A program made the translations under genes and the position numbers. A DNA stretch of 62,981 nt, the filler included, from Dugesia japonica (lineage: Eukaryota), in the NCBI GenBank assembly GCA_001938525.1. It is 6 parts of 6 records of this genome, joined end to end, with 100 filler letters (N's around TTAATTAATTAA, not from the genome) between each part and the next. Parts side by side here need not be neighbours in the genome. Positions count along the whole stretch, not along the records: positions 20,956 to 32,599 come from MQRL01560024.1; positions 32,700 to 44,287 come from MQRL01598214.1; 4 more parts are not named here. One strand, 5' to 3'. Below, piece by piece: positions 25,667 to 39,325 of the stretch. Numbering within the stretch: position 1 is the first letter of the stretch; the number at the start of each line of letters is the position of its first letter. Below the pieces are notes generated by a model. It did not search any database, was not told where the DNA came from, and saw only the letters and a program-made list of their open reading frames with translations.

Positions 25667-27073
25667 ATAAGTTAAAGTTTCAGTTCATAATCAAAGTTTA
25701 TCTATTAGGTTCCTAAGCAAATTGAAAACATTTAATTCCATAAAACTAATTCTTCAGCGAAAATCAAACTAAAGTTTAATGAAATTATTACACGATAATT
25801 AAAATGATCATTAATCTAAACCAAGAAACTGTAAACTGGAAACTTCAAATAAAATTTAAAAAAATTATTAAACCAACATAAGACTAATTAAATAACAAAA
25901 CTAATATAAAAAATATATAAATGTGGAATAAAATGTTACAAACACCACAATAACAATACGAACATCCAGACCATTAGGAAATATCAATCACTAATTATCA
26001 CCAGATACTTCACTAATTATTTTATTTTTAGAAATTCTTATTGTTTCTTCTTTCGTTAGCCATTTGCGATGCATAAATACTACAAACTTAGAACAAACTT
26101 TTCCGCCTGGGGATGAGAGTTATGAAGTATGAGAAGGAAGCGTTTTTCGATAGTAGTCTTTTAGACAGTGTATAGATAGATTAAGATTCTTATTCCAATG
26201 ATTCCAAAATGTTTTAAGTATCATTATTATTTTTTAAAACTATAGATATAATTGTTAAACGTTTCTTGATCTACTTAAACTATAATTATTATCATAATAA
26301 ATGTTCCGATGCTGAACACTACTTCTAGCAAGAACGAAGCATTTCTCGGTAGTAGTCATTTAGGCATTGTATAATTAGTTTTTAATTATAAGTCGAATGG
26401 TACAAAATTTGTCACTGTACGCTAAGTTTGACAAAAATATTTTAAACCAAAATTCAAAATCGAAACCAATCGAAATTCTTTCTACTAAAATATATTGACC
26501 AATCAAATTGCATGAATTTTCAGAACACCAAATTCTTAGAGTACTTTATTGACGGGGGAAGGGTTTCGTGCGAATGTATCTACCTACTTTCGTTTCCATA
26601 ATGGTCTTATGTCTACCATCATTTGCCTGTGCATAACTGTTAGTTGTTTGATTGCTTGCTACAACACTTGCTGATATAAGTACTAATTTCTTTTTTTCTT
26701 TTGACAAATATCTTTTAATTGACCATACTAAGTATCAATTCCAACAAAGTAAAACACCGTATCCACAAAGTGATTTTTTAACCTTCCCTACTTTAGAGGT
26801 ATATAAACTGAATAAACGGTGTTAGAAGATTGAAAGTGTTAAGTTAATAGTACACGTAATCTACTGTAGAACCCAGAAAAACTCATCCATCACGAACGCT
26901 TATGAAAAATGCAGGTGATCACATTATTTCAAGCGCGGTTTCAGAATTATTGGTACAAAAGTACTAATAATGGCATATAACAAAAGTTCTATCGCAGTTA
27001 CTTATCTCATTACCGAAGATCCCAAAGGGAACTTAGACTTTATAGCATTGTAAGTCATATGTGGTGATTAGTG

Positions 27074-27366
27074 CAGTGGTTCCCTAACCTTTAATAAATC
27101 TTAATAAATTTTTCACGGCATCCCAAATCAAAATATTGGTCTATTATTAGGTAAGTTTTTAATCTATGGGTTAAATATATCAAATTATTACTGCTATATT
27201 ATTAAAAAATTATATAGTTTATGGTTTGGTGTCACAATAGATTGCAAACATAAGTTAATGGATTTTTATTGGTCCTTTGGATTTGCTACTTTTATAGAAG
27301 ATATCTAATATTGGAAAGATTTAATGGCTTCTAAATGCACTGCAACACAAAATTCGAGAACTACTG
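27074..27366. mobile_element. hAT/Charlie-type MITE
   Basis: CAGTGGTTCCC ... GAGAACTACTG; flanks GATTAGTG / GATTAATC (6/8 match as TSD). Confidence 0.6.
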
Positions 27367-28994
27367 GATTAATCGGATAATATGCATACAGAGAATTATG
27401 AAAAGAACCGAAATTTAAAGAGGACACCGTTTCACTCAATCTACAGAGCAAATCACTGGCTTTCCTTCAAAGGCTGAGTCGGAAAACAAGTGAAAAATCG
27501 ACATATTCATTTTAACTTTTTTTTAATAAATCTGGGAAATCACAACATTATTGATATTTAAAAATTTTGGCACCTACTTATAAAGATAAAAACCAACCAA
27601 GTTTTATCTATTAAAAAATTAAGACGATCTACTACTGACATTTAACAGTAACCAGTTTTTCTAGATTCATTTTAATGAAACTTTTAGATAGAAAAAGAGA
27701 AATAGGAAAATATCCACGAACTATCTCAACAGGAAATTCACAAATTAATTCATAAAAACCAAAAAGAAATTATTAAAATTTCATTTGAAATTCAATATGA
27801 ATTAAAACTTAGGTTGATAACGTTCAATTTTTTATTTGTTAGTAACATAATCTACAATGAAAAATATAAAAAAAACCTTAATTTAATGTATTATCTTTTT
27901 TTTATGGTTTTGGTTCTTCTGCTCTCAATGATTATGATAATAATAGATATGCTATGAATACACATTATCCATCACAATGAGTGATATACACTCGATGATA
28001 GTTATAGTTTTTTTTAATAATTAAAACAAATAAATTATAAACCATTAATATTTAAATTTAGATATAATCTTTACAAAATAATAGATCTTTCAATCAATTA
28101 TAAAATTAAAAATAATAAATTAAAATAAATAAAATAAATAATCAAATTAAATTAATATTTAATTAAATTTTAATGATTTAGAAATTTAAATTAAAAGTGA
28201 TAAAGTAAATACAATTAATAATTAATATAAAAATTGAATAATATAAAATAAAACAATACGAAGTAAATTTATTATCAAAGAGTTTTATAATACATTTTAA
28301 AAATTATTTTGAAAATTATTTTAATAAGTTCAAGTTTTTACGTTTTGAAATTTTTTTCTCCATCTTATGACCTTTTCAAATTAAATATGAAACTTGTATA
28401 TTAAAATAAAGAAATAAAATTACAAAATTGCATTTAAACTTTTTTCACTTTCTTTTTTTTTTAATTTTAAATTTTTTTAAATTAATAAACTTAAACCAAT
28501 TTTTAAAAATTGACAGTTAACCTCATAATAATATTAACTGGAACCTATAGGAAATCACAAAGCTTCACAATTACATAATTACACAAAAATATAATAATTA
28601 GTTTAAATCAGCTAAAAAANTTTTTCGAATTATCTACTGATTCGTGTGTGAATACTAACAAATATTACCATAAAATACATGCTTGGTTTGATATATAATT
28701 TTTATTTTACTAAACACAACTTAGCATTAAAAAGAAAACTAGTTTTTAATTAAATTAAACATATAATCTACATTTTAAAGTTGATTATTTGTTTTATTGG
28801 TTTACAATTTTCTTGTGAAATATTTAGGCTTTTTTAAAAAGTATATTAATTCAAATAATACAAAATGAACCAATTAAACATCAATATTTTATTAATCACC
28901 ATTTTAATTATTATCATTTAATGTTACGCTTATCAACAAACTTTGTAAGTAATCAACCGTAAAAAAGAAAAAAAAATAATCGATTTTTTCATTA

Positions 28995-29702
28995 ATGGAT
29001 TTTAAGTATAAAACGTGCAAAAAAATCGCTGAATTAACACAAGTGATTAATATACTATTTGTTCAGAATCATGAAAAAGATTTATTGTTGAACGAATTCA
29101 AAAATCTTACAGAACAATTTGAAATCGATTGTACTAAAAAACTTGAAAATGCCATATCAATAAATTCTGGAATTTCTGAAAATGATCGCCAGTTAATTGC
29201 TAAAGAATTGGAGAAAAGATTTTTCGTCGAAGAAAATCAAATTCGAAATCATTATGAATTGTCTTTAAATAATGTAAAATCACAAATTGCTAAACATCTT
29301 GCCGAACTTGCAAAATCGGAAAAATTAAATACCCAATTGAAAAATCAATTGGAAGAATTATTTATAGAAAAATCTAAATCTGAAACTCAATTTACAGATA
29401 AAATCCAAACATTAATTAAAGAAAATCAAGAACTCAATGAGAAATATTTAATTTCTGAACAGAACTATCAAAATATTATTAAAAATAAAGTCAATAAAGA
29501 TAATGAAAACAAAATTAAAATAGAGAAATTGAATAATGAAAATATTAAATTAAATAAAGATATTTCCCAAATAAAAGAGAAAAATTTTTCTTTAGAAAAT
29601 AAATGTAAAGAACTAGAAATAGAAATTATGAGTTTAAATGAAGATTTATTAAAATTTAAACAAAATCTTCAAAGGTCAAGAAGTTCGAATAATGTAATTC
29701 AA
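28995..29702 (+). CDS. FAM184-like coiled-coil protein, first coding exon
   Basis: N-terminal KTCKKIAELTQVINILFVQNHEKD resembles the FAM184 motif MSKKIAQLTKVIYALNTKNDEH; long heptad-rich frame; donor CAA|GTAAAT at 29703; downstream exons not found. Confidence 0.65.
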
Positions 29703-29971
29703 GTAAATAGTTATTTTTAATTGTAAAACTCATTGAAAATTATTCTATATTTCATATTTCAAAAATATTTAAAATTTTTTTAATTAACGAATTATTTATA
29801 TTTTGATAATTTTGTACCAATAATGATAAAAATAAATAACTTATTGTTGTTAAATTTATGAAAATTTAGTCAAATTAATTTTTAATGAGATGAGAAAAAT
29901 TGTGAATTTCTAAATTATTTGACGCCGTTTTTGTTGGTATGTATAGTTAGTAAAAATAATTTATTTGATAA

Positions 29972-29972
<1 letters not shown>

Positions 29973-30036
<64 letters not shown>

Positions 30037-30086
30037 NNNNNNNNNNNNNNNNNNNNNNNNNNNNNNNNNNNNNNNNNNNNNNNNNN

Positions 30087-30133
<47 letters not shown>

Positions 30134-30158
30134 TTATTAATATTATTATTATTATTAT
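29973..30158. repeat. (ATT)n microsatellite spanning a gap
   Basis: Direct reading. Confidence 0.95.
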
Positions 30159-30649
30159 TTGACTTAAAACGTGAATGCTATTTGCTAGAGGTATAGAATT
30201 TCTGTTTAACTAGAGTTTCTAAAAATCCGCACTTTTTCAAAACAACGGTTTTCGGTTTTTAAGAACTTTTTATAAGAACAACAGTCAACTATCTGGGGGA
30301 CTATAAATTTTTGTTCTAGTATTTTATTAATACCAAATTATAGTGGTAGTATTGATTCGTGAAAGTTTGAGCATATTATTGTTTACCTTTCTTTTCGTGC
30401 AAACTCTTGAAAAAGTCTAAACATTTGTAATTCTAATCTATAATTTCTATTATAAACGCTATAAAAACGTTTCTTGGGATTTTAAATTATTGAAATATTT
30501 CCGCATAAATCTAGTTTCGGACATTGTCTCAAGGAAACAATTTAAAATATTATTTAACAGTTCAGATAATGTTACTGTATTAAAATTTACAAATTAATTA
30601 ATTTCTAATTTTAAAATAATAAAACCTAATTCTGCTTTTACGTAATAGA

Positions 30650-31503
30650 TAGGTTCCGCAGCACTCTTATGCTTTATATGTACAATTACTACATTGTGTA
30701 CACCTCACTTCTCGACACAACCTTCTAATATTGCCATCCTTTTCACAACCAAAACATTTTGTTGGTTTTTTATTTGGACAATCTCGACTTATATGTCCGG
30801 TTTTATGACCACTCCAGCACCCTATCACTATTTTGTCGGATAATTTGCTTTAGTATGACAGATCTTATGACATAACCAACATTCGAAATTTTGTTTTTCT
30901 TTTCTTTGATCCACATGTCTATTCACTGTATGATTTACAGGTTTCTGATAATTTCGACGTTTAACTCGCGCTTAACTTCTAACTGCATAAATTTGATCTC
31001 TATTTTTCTCTACTCGATCTACTAACGTCATTGTTTCTTCAATTTCTTTTATATTCTCTCGTTTCCGCAGTCACTTCTTCTTCAACGTTTTGTTATCTGA
31101 ACAATATACTAGAATCTTTGCTACCATTATTTCCTCAGTACAATCTTTATTTGTAAATAATCTTTTTACTAAATTTTTTACATTTTTAAAATAAACTTGA
31201 ATCTTTTTCATTTCCACACCTGTGCTTAATCACATTTTGAAAATCTTTGATAACATCTTTCTATTTCTCAAACATCATACGTAAGCTAGTCTAAAAACCT
31301 TCAACTTTTTTCAACGTCTTTACATATTCTTCCATCAAATCATCATCTAGCATTCAAGAGACTAATCTCTCCTGTTGTTTCATCTAGTTGATGTTTCTTA
31401 GTTTGCACCGCTTGATGAATTTCTCAACATCATCTCCTCTGCAGAACACATTCGGCAATAACCTCTCTGTAATAGAACCTGTATTTACCGCTGCCACTAT
31501 GTT
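30650..31503 (-). mobile_element. Gypsy gag remnant with zinc knuckles, primer-binding site and LTR 3' edge
   Basis: CWSGHKTGHISRDCPNKKPTKCFGCEKDGNIRRLC (degenerate CCHC x2); minus strand AACA-TAG-TGGCAGCGGT (31487-31496), complementary to a tRNA-Leu-like 3' end. Confidence 0.8.
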
Positions 31504-32599
31504 AGGTAAATCTTCAATTGGTAATTCATTTTTCAAATCACAACCAATATTTTGAGGCATCATTTATTTTACTACTATACATGTTTGATAGAATAAATAT
31601 AAATGATTACAATACTTTCAATATTAATATTCAGTTTACTCGAGTAAAAAAGGATAGCGTATCCACATAAAAAGAGAGGTTGGGTTCTAAATTTTAAATA
31701 TCAGCTAGAATAAAATGAATAAAGAATAATATAAATTCATGATTCTTATATGCTTTATACACANNNNNNNNNNNNNNNNNNNNNAAAATAAAAGAAACAA
31801 TTCATTTAATAATTATTTTATAAAAAGTATAATTTTAGATAAAAAAAACAAAAGCATTCATAATTTCACAAAAATTACGAGAAAAATCAATAAAATATTC
31901 GTAGCTCAGCGAAATAAAAACATTAATAATTTCACCATAAAGTTAAACTATGTAAAAACTGTGTGCAATATTTTTTTGGAATTGCGTAAAACAAATTCGC
32001 GTCAAAACAGAATCAGAAGTATATGATGAATGAACGTAATATTTTCTGAAATAATTTTTTATATAAATATATTTATTATTCAATCAATATATGGCAGCAG
32101 TTACGTTTATTTAATGAATTATATTTTCTTTAACAATTTTCCAATAAATAGCGTTAAGTATATCTTAAAGCTTTCAGATAAAAAATTAAAAGCTACGGTT
32201 TAAAATGTTAAATGAATATTTTAAATAAGAATGTATTAAATAACCTTAAATCTTGCCTATGATAATTTATAATTTAAACCCTTTATTCTCATTTATGTAC
32301 CTAACGAATAATTAAGCAAATTTAACTTTAATAATTGAAATGATGAAAAAACTTAAAATATTGAATTTACTCTTACAACACTAACACAGACAATATATAA
32401 GAAGCAAATCGATACAAAGCATAACAGATGCTTTTAGAAAAATACATAATTCCGAGGACAAGGAACATTTTTCAAACAGGTGTTTTCAATGATACTTTCA
32501 TATGCAGACGTGGTAACTAGCTTCTTATTTCTGGTAAGGTTTATGGGAGTGCAATTTGAAAATCGCAATTGCGTTAAAATGGGTGCAATAAATCCCTGT

Positions 32600-32699
32600 N
32601 NNNNNNNNNNNNNNNNNNNNNNNNNNNNNNNNNNNNNNNNNNNTTAATTAATTAANNNNNNNNNNNNNNNNNNNNNNNNNNNNNNNNNNNNNNNNNNNN
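32600..32699. other. Artificial scaffold linker
   Basis: N44-TTAATTAATTAA-N44. Confidence 0.95.
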
Positions 32700-33281
32700 T
32701 GCAAAACAAAAACACAATATTTAATTCAATTTTTTCCAATTAATTATTTTTACATAAATTAATTCTTTTAAATTATATTCGACTCGGGTATTGGAGATTC
32801 TTAGAAAATGAATAACAAGTGTTATTGTTTTGCATTTAATGTCAATATTAAAACACGAATTTTCGGAAATTGAAAATCGATTTTATTTTCTCAAAATAGA
32901 TTGTTACAAAATATGTATTTTTTATTTTAATCACATTGGTAATGGCCGCACATAAAAGTAAAAGTGGCAACATACGGCCAGATTGCCGCATTTTGGGCAA
33001 CTCTGATTTAGACTAACCAACTTTTAAAACTGAGTAGTTGAGGTTTGAATATTCTTAAGATTTTAAAAAAAGTAGAAGNTAGACTACAGGCCTTTCAGTA
33101 ATAGATAAAATATGACAAGTGATGTTGAAAAAATGTAGTTTTTAATATTTTAATAAAAATTCTTGAAAGTTTGAATATAAATTATATGCTGATTGCATTT
33201 CTAAAATAAAAATTTCAAAATATTAGGTTTTTTCTAATTTTCATAGTTTAAATTCAATTTTGACTTGGGAATAATATATAA

Positions 33282-33533
33282 CAGTGGTTCCTTATAAAGT
33301 TGGATCGCAAAATAATATACAAATCAATATAACATATTTTACATAAAAAAGGAATATCAAATATTAAAACCAATAAAAATCTAATATATTGGTATATATA
33401 TCCATTTGTGTTAAAACGTATTCTGATTGCGACAATATTTAAACTTATTGAAATTGTGGATCTCCTTTATTTTATCCCCACAAAGAGTTATAATATAGAT
33501 GATCCGCGGAACAAAAATGTTTAAGAACCACTG
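33282..33533. mobile_element. hAT/Charlie-type MITE
   Basis: CAGTGGTTC ... GAACCACTG with flanks ATATATAA / ATACATAA (7/8 match as TSD). Confidence 0.75.
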
Positions 33534-34384
33534 ATACATAATATAAACTAAAATATCACCTAGCATAATAGGCAAGACATGAAAAATTTTAAGTGAATCA
33601 AAATAACTTAGTCATACATTATACACGGTGAATATTAGAAAATATTTTATTAAATGTACTTTCAATTAATAATATGTAGAGAAATTCAATATATTTTCTA
33701 TTAAGTTAAAGAAAAATGTCAAGTTTGACCAGAAATTAATTCAAAAAAATTCAGTTTTCAAAAATATTTCATTTTTAATTCGAAACCAGTTTTTCTGTCC
33801 TGAAATAACCAGACATATTCAGTGCATAGCAAATTAGTTTCGGGTTTATATTATTAACAGTTATGTTTCAAAATTTCAAAATTTGTTTATTTTTTGTAGA
33901 CTTCTTTTAAGTGGATTTTNNNNNNNNNNNNNNNNNNNNNNNNNNNNNNNNNNNNNNNNNNNNNNNNNNNTTTTGTAATAGAATATCTTATCAAACATGT
34001 ATAAAAATCATAACATCGAATATTATTCTTAAACACTTTCTATTATTATAAATATATTGTAAAATCTCTAATAATTTTTATCTAAAATTTTGAAGATTGA
34101 AAAATAATCCATTTTCAATAAATCTTCTACTTCTATTAAAATTTGTTTGGTTTCTCAATTTCATTTTTTTAGTTAAACATTAATCTAGATTTTTTTCTGA
34201 TTTGGCTTGTTTAGTAGTAGAAAACATTATTTAATAAGAAACAACAATGAATTCAATTCTTAAAATAAAGCGATTTTTATTGTAGAATTAAATTGATTGA
34301 ATTTTCTAAATCTAAATATTTCGACATGTTTAATAATACAATAAAATAATTATTGTTTCGGAAAATATTGATTTATAATTNACT

Positions 34385-34562
34385 ATCATTACTAGAATAG
34401 TTGTTGGATTTAACCATTGATCGCATTTTTAAAGTTTCAATAAATTAAAAAGCTTAAATCAAAATGTTATCCTTTGAATTCTTATAAGCGATCACTTCTT
34501 GTTAGCTAACAAGAATTCAAAAAAAATCATTTTGATCTAAGCTTTATAATCTATTGAAATTT
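34385..34562. repeat. Variant fold-back copy of the pLTR family (no hammerhead core visible)
   Basis: Tail GTTGTTGGATTTAACCATTGATCG; arms AAAGCTTAAATCAAAATG / CATTTTGATCTAAGCTTT; internal perfect palindrome TTCTTGTTAGCTAACAAGAA. Confidence 0.65.
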
Positions 34563-35712
34563 GATTTATATTTGAATTTTTCATTTTGCATTTTGAAAAC
34601 TGTAAATTACATTTCGAAATTTTTTTTTGAAACATAATAAAAAGTATACCCCATTGGGAATTATTGGATATTTTGCTAAAATGTTTATTTATAGATATAC
34701 TGTTACTTTTTTAAATTATTACTATTTTCGAAAAGGCTTTATTGTAAAATTGAACGAAAAATGTGTCATATAAAATGAAATCATACATGCATTCGTTGAT
34801 ATTACAGGTTTTTTTTNNNNNNNNNNNNNNNNNNNNNNNNNNNNNNNNNNNNNNNNNNNNNNNNNNNNNNNNNNNNNNNNNNNNNNNNNNNNNNNNNNNN
34901 NNNNNNNNNNNNNNNNNNNNNNNNNNNNNNNNNNNNNNNNNNNNNNNNNNNNNNNNNNNNNNNNNNNNNNNNNNNNNNNNNNNNNNNNNNNNNNNNNNNN
35001 NNNNNNNNNNNNNNNNNNNNNAGAGTAATAATTAAGAGCTAAATTTAATTTTGGAATTTACATTATAATAATTGAGTGAAAAGTGCAATGATATGATTAC
35101 TTGTCTAAAATGAAATTCACTGAAATTACATATTTTTTCAATACATGTTTCCTAAATAAATAGACTTTTGAAAAGATATCATCATATAAAAGTTGTTTTC
35201 AAATTAAAACCATTAATCGATAGGAATAGTTTTGAAATAAAGATTTAATAGTTAATCAATAATTTTGTGTTTGCAATAGTTTCTCATTATTCATCGACTT
35301 CTAATGATTAAATTCATGGGAACTCGAATGATATTAAATAATTAAAACTATAATTAAATTAAACTTTTATAATATATCCAAAACTTTTAAAAAATTATTA
35401 TTCAAATTCTAATTAGTATTCAAATTTTAATTAATTTCAATTTTTCTTTAAACTTTTCACTCATACTTTTCAATGATATACCATCAACTATATCTTTATA
35501 CATTGATTTTGAAATTACTGCTTTTGAATTTTTTTGAAATTTCCAAAATTCAAATAATATAATAAATGTTTTATTGAAATTTATTAAATTATTATGATAG
35601 ATTTTATATCCAAAGTTCCATTAACATTTTCAAATAACGATTTTATTTCAATTTTTCATTTGTTTAATAATATTTTGATTTTAGTTATTAAATTTCATTT
35701 TTAAACTTAAAG

Positions 35713-38700
35713 GATTTAGCTCAACGAATCAGTGCAGAATTGAAACGCTACAGTATCCCACAAGCAGTTTTTGCCCAAAGAGTATTATGTAGGAGCCAAG
35801 GAACTTTATCAGACTTATTAAGAAATCCGAAGCCTTGGAGTAAGTTAAAATCGGGTAGAGAAACTTTTCGACGAATGTGTAAATGGTTAAATGAGCCAGA
35901 AGCAAATCGAATGGCAAGTTTAAGAACTGCAAGTAATATTTTTGTGCAATTTATCTTTTAAAATTTAATTATTAATTACAATTTGATATTTATTATATTA
36001 AATTGTAACATATTATTTAGAAAATTTAATCTTTAATTATAAAATTGCAAAATTTATTTAAGGGAAAATTATTTTCTCGAACAATTAGAAATGGTTTTCT
36101 AATTGATATATTTCTCTACTTTTAATTGTCAAATTTAAAAAAAATCATAAATGTTCAACATTTAGTAGCAAAACAACCAATGATTAGTAAGCTTAATGTA
36201 GAAAAAGAAGTGATTTGAAAAATTATTTACAATAATAAAATACAATGAATTTGAATAATTATTTACATAAATTTAATAATATCATTATATATTTGTTCTG
36301 TAAGTTCTCCACTNNNNNNNNNNNNNNNNNNNNNNNNNNNNNNNNNNNNNNNNNNNNNNNNNNNNNNNNNNNNNNNTTAGAAATTTAACCGTAATCGAAT
36401 GCAGATTATGTGAGTGTATTTTGAAAACCGAGTTGAAATTTTTGTGTGATTGGTGATCATATTTTTGAAATCTTTTGTTTAAAAGAAAGATTTAAATTTT
36501 TGATAACAACTTTAAATAACAAATATTTGGTTTAATGATAAATTAAAATTTTTGAGTAAACGAAATTTGGTTAATTAAATAAAGTTAAATTTTTTAATAA
36601 ATAAAATTTTTAAAGTGAACGAAAATTTTGTCTTAAATTTTAAAAAAATAAATAAAATGTTTTTAAATAGAATAAATTAAATTAATTGTAAATAAATAAA
36701 ATTTTCGATTTAAGATTTTAAAAAAATGATCACCAATGATAACACGGGATTTTAATTTGTTTGATTAAACAAATAGTGTTAAGCATAGTTTTGTTTTAAT
36801 AAATCTTGTAATGAATTCGAGTTCTAATGTTGATAATCCGATGTGTTCTCAAAAATAATCTAACAGTAATTAAGAAATTTTAACTTTGTTTTAAAATTAT
36901 CCAATAATCTGTTGATTAAATATTTTTTTGGTTCATGTAATTGTGTAGATTTTATTTTTCATTTATTTTATAAAACTTGAAAATTCCGCTTTGATTCAAG
37001 TCACGGAATCGGAGATAATAGATTTCACCAAGCGTTTAGCTCCATTTCAGTCAACCTATTATTGCGTATCCTATTTTTTTGCGAAATATAGTTAGAAATA
37101 ACATCAAAATGAAAGAAAAAGTTAAAGAAACATATTAGCAATGAAATATGCTTTATTTAAAAAAATATATTTTCAACACTTTTTATCGTCAGATTTTAAA
37201 ATATTCAGTGAAGTAGTTCTGAATTTTTTAACTTTTAATATTATTTCAAATTTAATTATTTGGTAAGATTGGACTCAATTAAAACAAGTTCATGAAATAT
37301 AAAATTATATTAAGATACCGATTATTAAAATGGTNNNNNNNNNNNNNNNNNNNNNNNNNNNNNNNNNNNNNNNNNNNNNNNNNNNNNNNNNNNNNNNNNN
37401 NNNNNNNNNNNNNNNNNNNNNNNNNNNNNNAGATAATACTATCAAGGAAAAAATGAGTAATAGATTATAAAAATGTATAGTTAAAGCCATGTAACTTTAA
37501 CCCTTTAAGTACTATTGATAATTTTACTTGTAGTTGGAGTTGAACGTTCGATTTATAACTTCCAACATTTTCCAAAACAAACTTACGAAATCTTTACTTA
37601 TATTTTTATTTGATCAAATAGCGTTTCTGCATTTAGGTGCTCATTATCAAAGGAGTTAAAATTGTTGATACACATTAAATATTGTCACAATATTAATTAT
37701 AAGCAATTGAAATGGATTCAATACTCAGGAATTTTATATTTATCCAATGAAATATAACAGTAGATGGATACATGCACATGGGAACAGTTGAGAATTTTGT
37801 TTACATAGAAGTATCACAAAATTTAACGAAATTGTATAGACATCATTGAATATTTTATAAAATTGAATAGAAGTCACCAAATGTCTTATGAAATTGCATA
37901 GAAGTCGATAAAGTTTTTAAAATCCTTTGTAAAACAATGGGAAAATAATTAAATAATTGCATAGAAGTCATTTAAAAGTTTGTGAAATTTCATAGAAGTC
38001 GCTAAATATTTCATGAAATTGCATAGAAGTCATAAAAAATTCCTAAATGTTCTCGTATTCATCTACTAAAACTTTATATGAAAATTTGCGAGCCTTTTTN
38101 NNNNNNNNNNNNNNNNNATGATAAATAATAATAATATTGTAATAATATTATAGTGTGAGAAATCAACTATCGGTAAAAATCGAATAAGCAAGGAATACCA
38201 TTGAATAGAGTAATATTAAGAAAATTAAAATGAATTAAATATGCATTGTTTGAATGTGTAAACAAAAAGATTGTTGATATAATCGAAATTATGTTGTGAA
38301 TTAAAACCAGTGGTCATCAAAGTATATGTTGAGACCTTTTTGTGTATTGTGGAAAGTTTTCACAAGCTCTACAGTGTAAACATAAGTTAAATCCTGACAT
38401 TTTTTATATTGATTAAAAATTCTCCGATTTATAAATTTAGTGCTGAATTTACTAACAGTAATGAAATCAAATAAGAGAGAACAACTGTTAATGTTGGATA
38501 AGGAAATAATAGTAGTATATTTATTCATCATTAAACCTCACTTGGATTTAATCTATAAAAAATCAAGCTCGTTTTCCGCACGAAAATAGAAATTGAAATA
38601 ATTATTTTTGATATAAAAAATAAAAGTAAGTGGTTGTTGCAAGGTTTTCTGTTTTTTGATGACTACGACTGACCTAAACATTTGATAAGTTTCTTGTTTT

Positions 38701-39286
38701 AAATTACTACAATGAATCCTTGAAAAATATGTAATCAGTAATTGATCATTTATATTATTTTCTTTTTAAAATATCGTTATGAAAACGCCACTTTCAACAA
38801 AACAGTGTTAATTTTAAATTCTTTGCATAATTTGATATTTAAGATGAAATGAATTCAAATTCGCTGACGTTATTAATATCATTTAATGAACTTGCGCCAA
38901 ATCCAAAAATCTTAGAATTTAATTTTTAAGTTTTGAATGAAATTCTAATAAAAAAAAATTGGAGCAGTGGAGCACAGCAAATTTCCGTCCTACGGCTCTG
39001 CTCTTTCTCCTAGCAAAAGCTAGTTGTTCCGCTCCAAATCTCGGATTTAAACAGAAATTACAACTAAAGTGTTAATAAATTTTACGAATTTTTTTTAAAA
39101 AATAAATTCATATTTTAAAATTATACATGCTTTACTAAATTTTATGTGATTGATTTTAGTAATTTTTCAAAAAATATTAGTAGTTTCATTATTTTGTAAA
39201 TTAATAAAGATCGACGTGTCTAATGTAATAAAATATTTTTCATTTTAATTTTGACAAAATATTTCTTTCAATTCTACTAATGTTGA

Positions 39287-39325
<39 letters not shown>

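Noticed and set aside
29919-30162. Poly-L/Y/I ORFs (also 39245-39469)
   Set aside because: Translations of (ATT)n microsatellites and N runs
37797-38035. CRISPR-like repeat-spacer array
   Set aside because: 17-bp degenerate repeats with 14-bp related linkers, in an animal intron, with no cas genes
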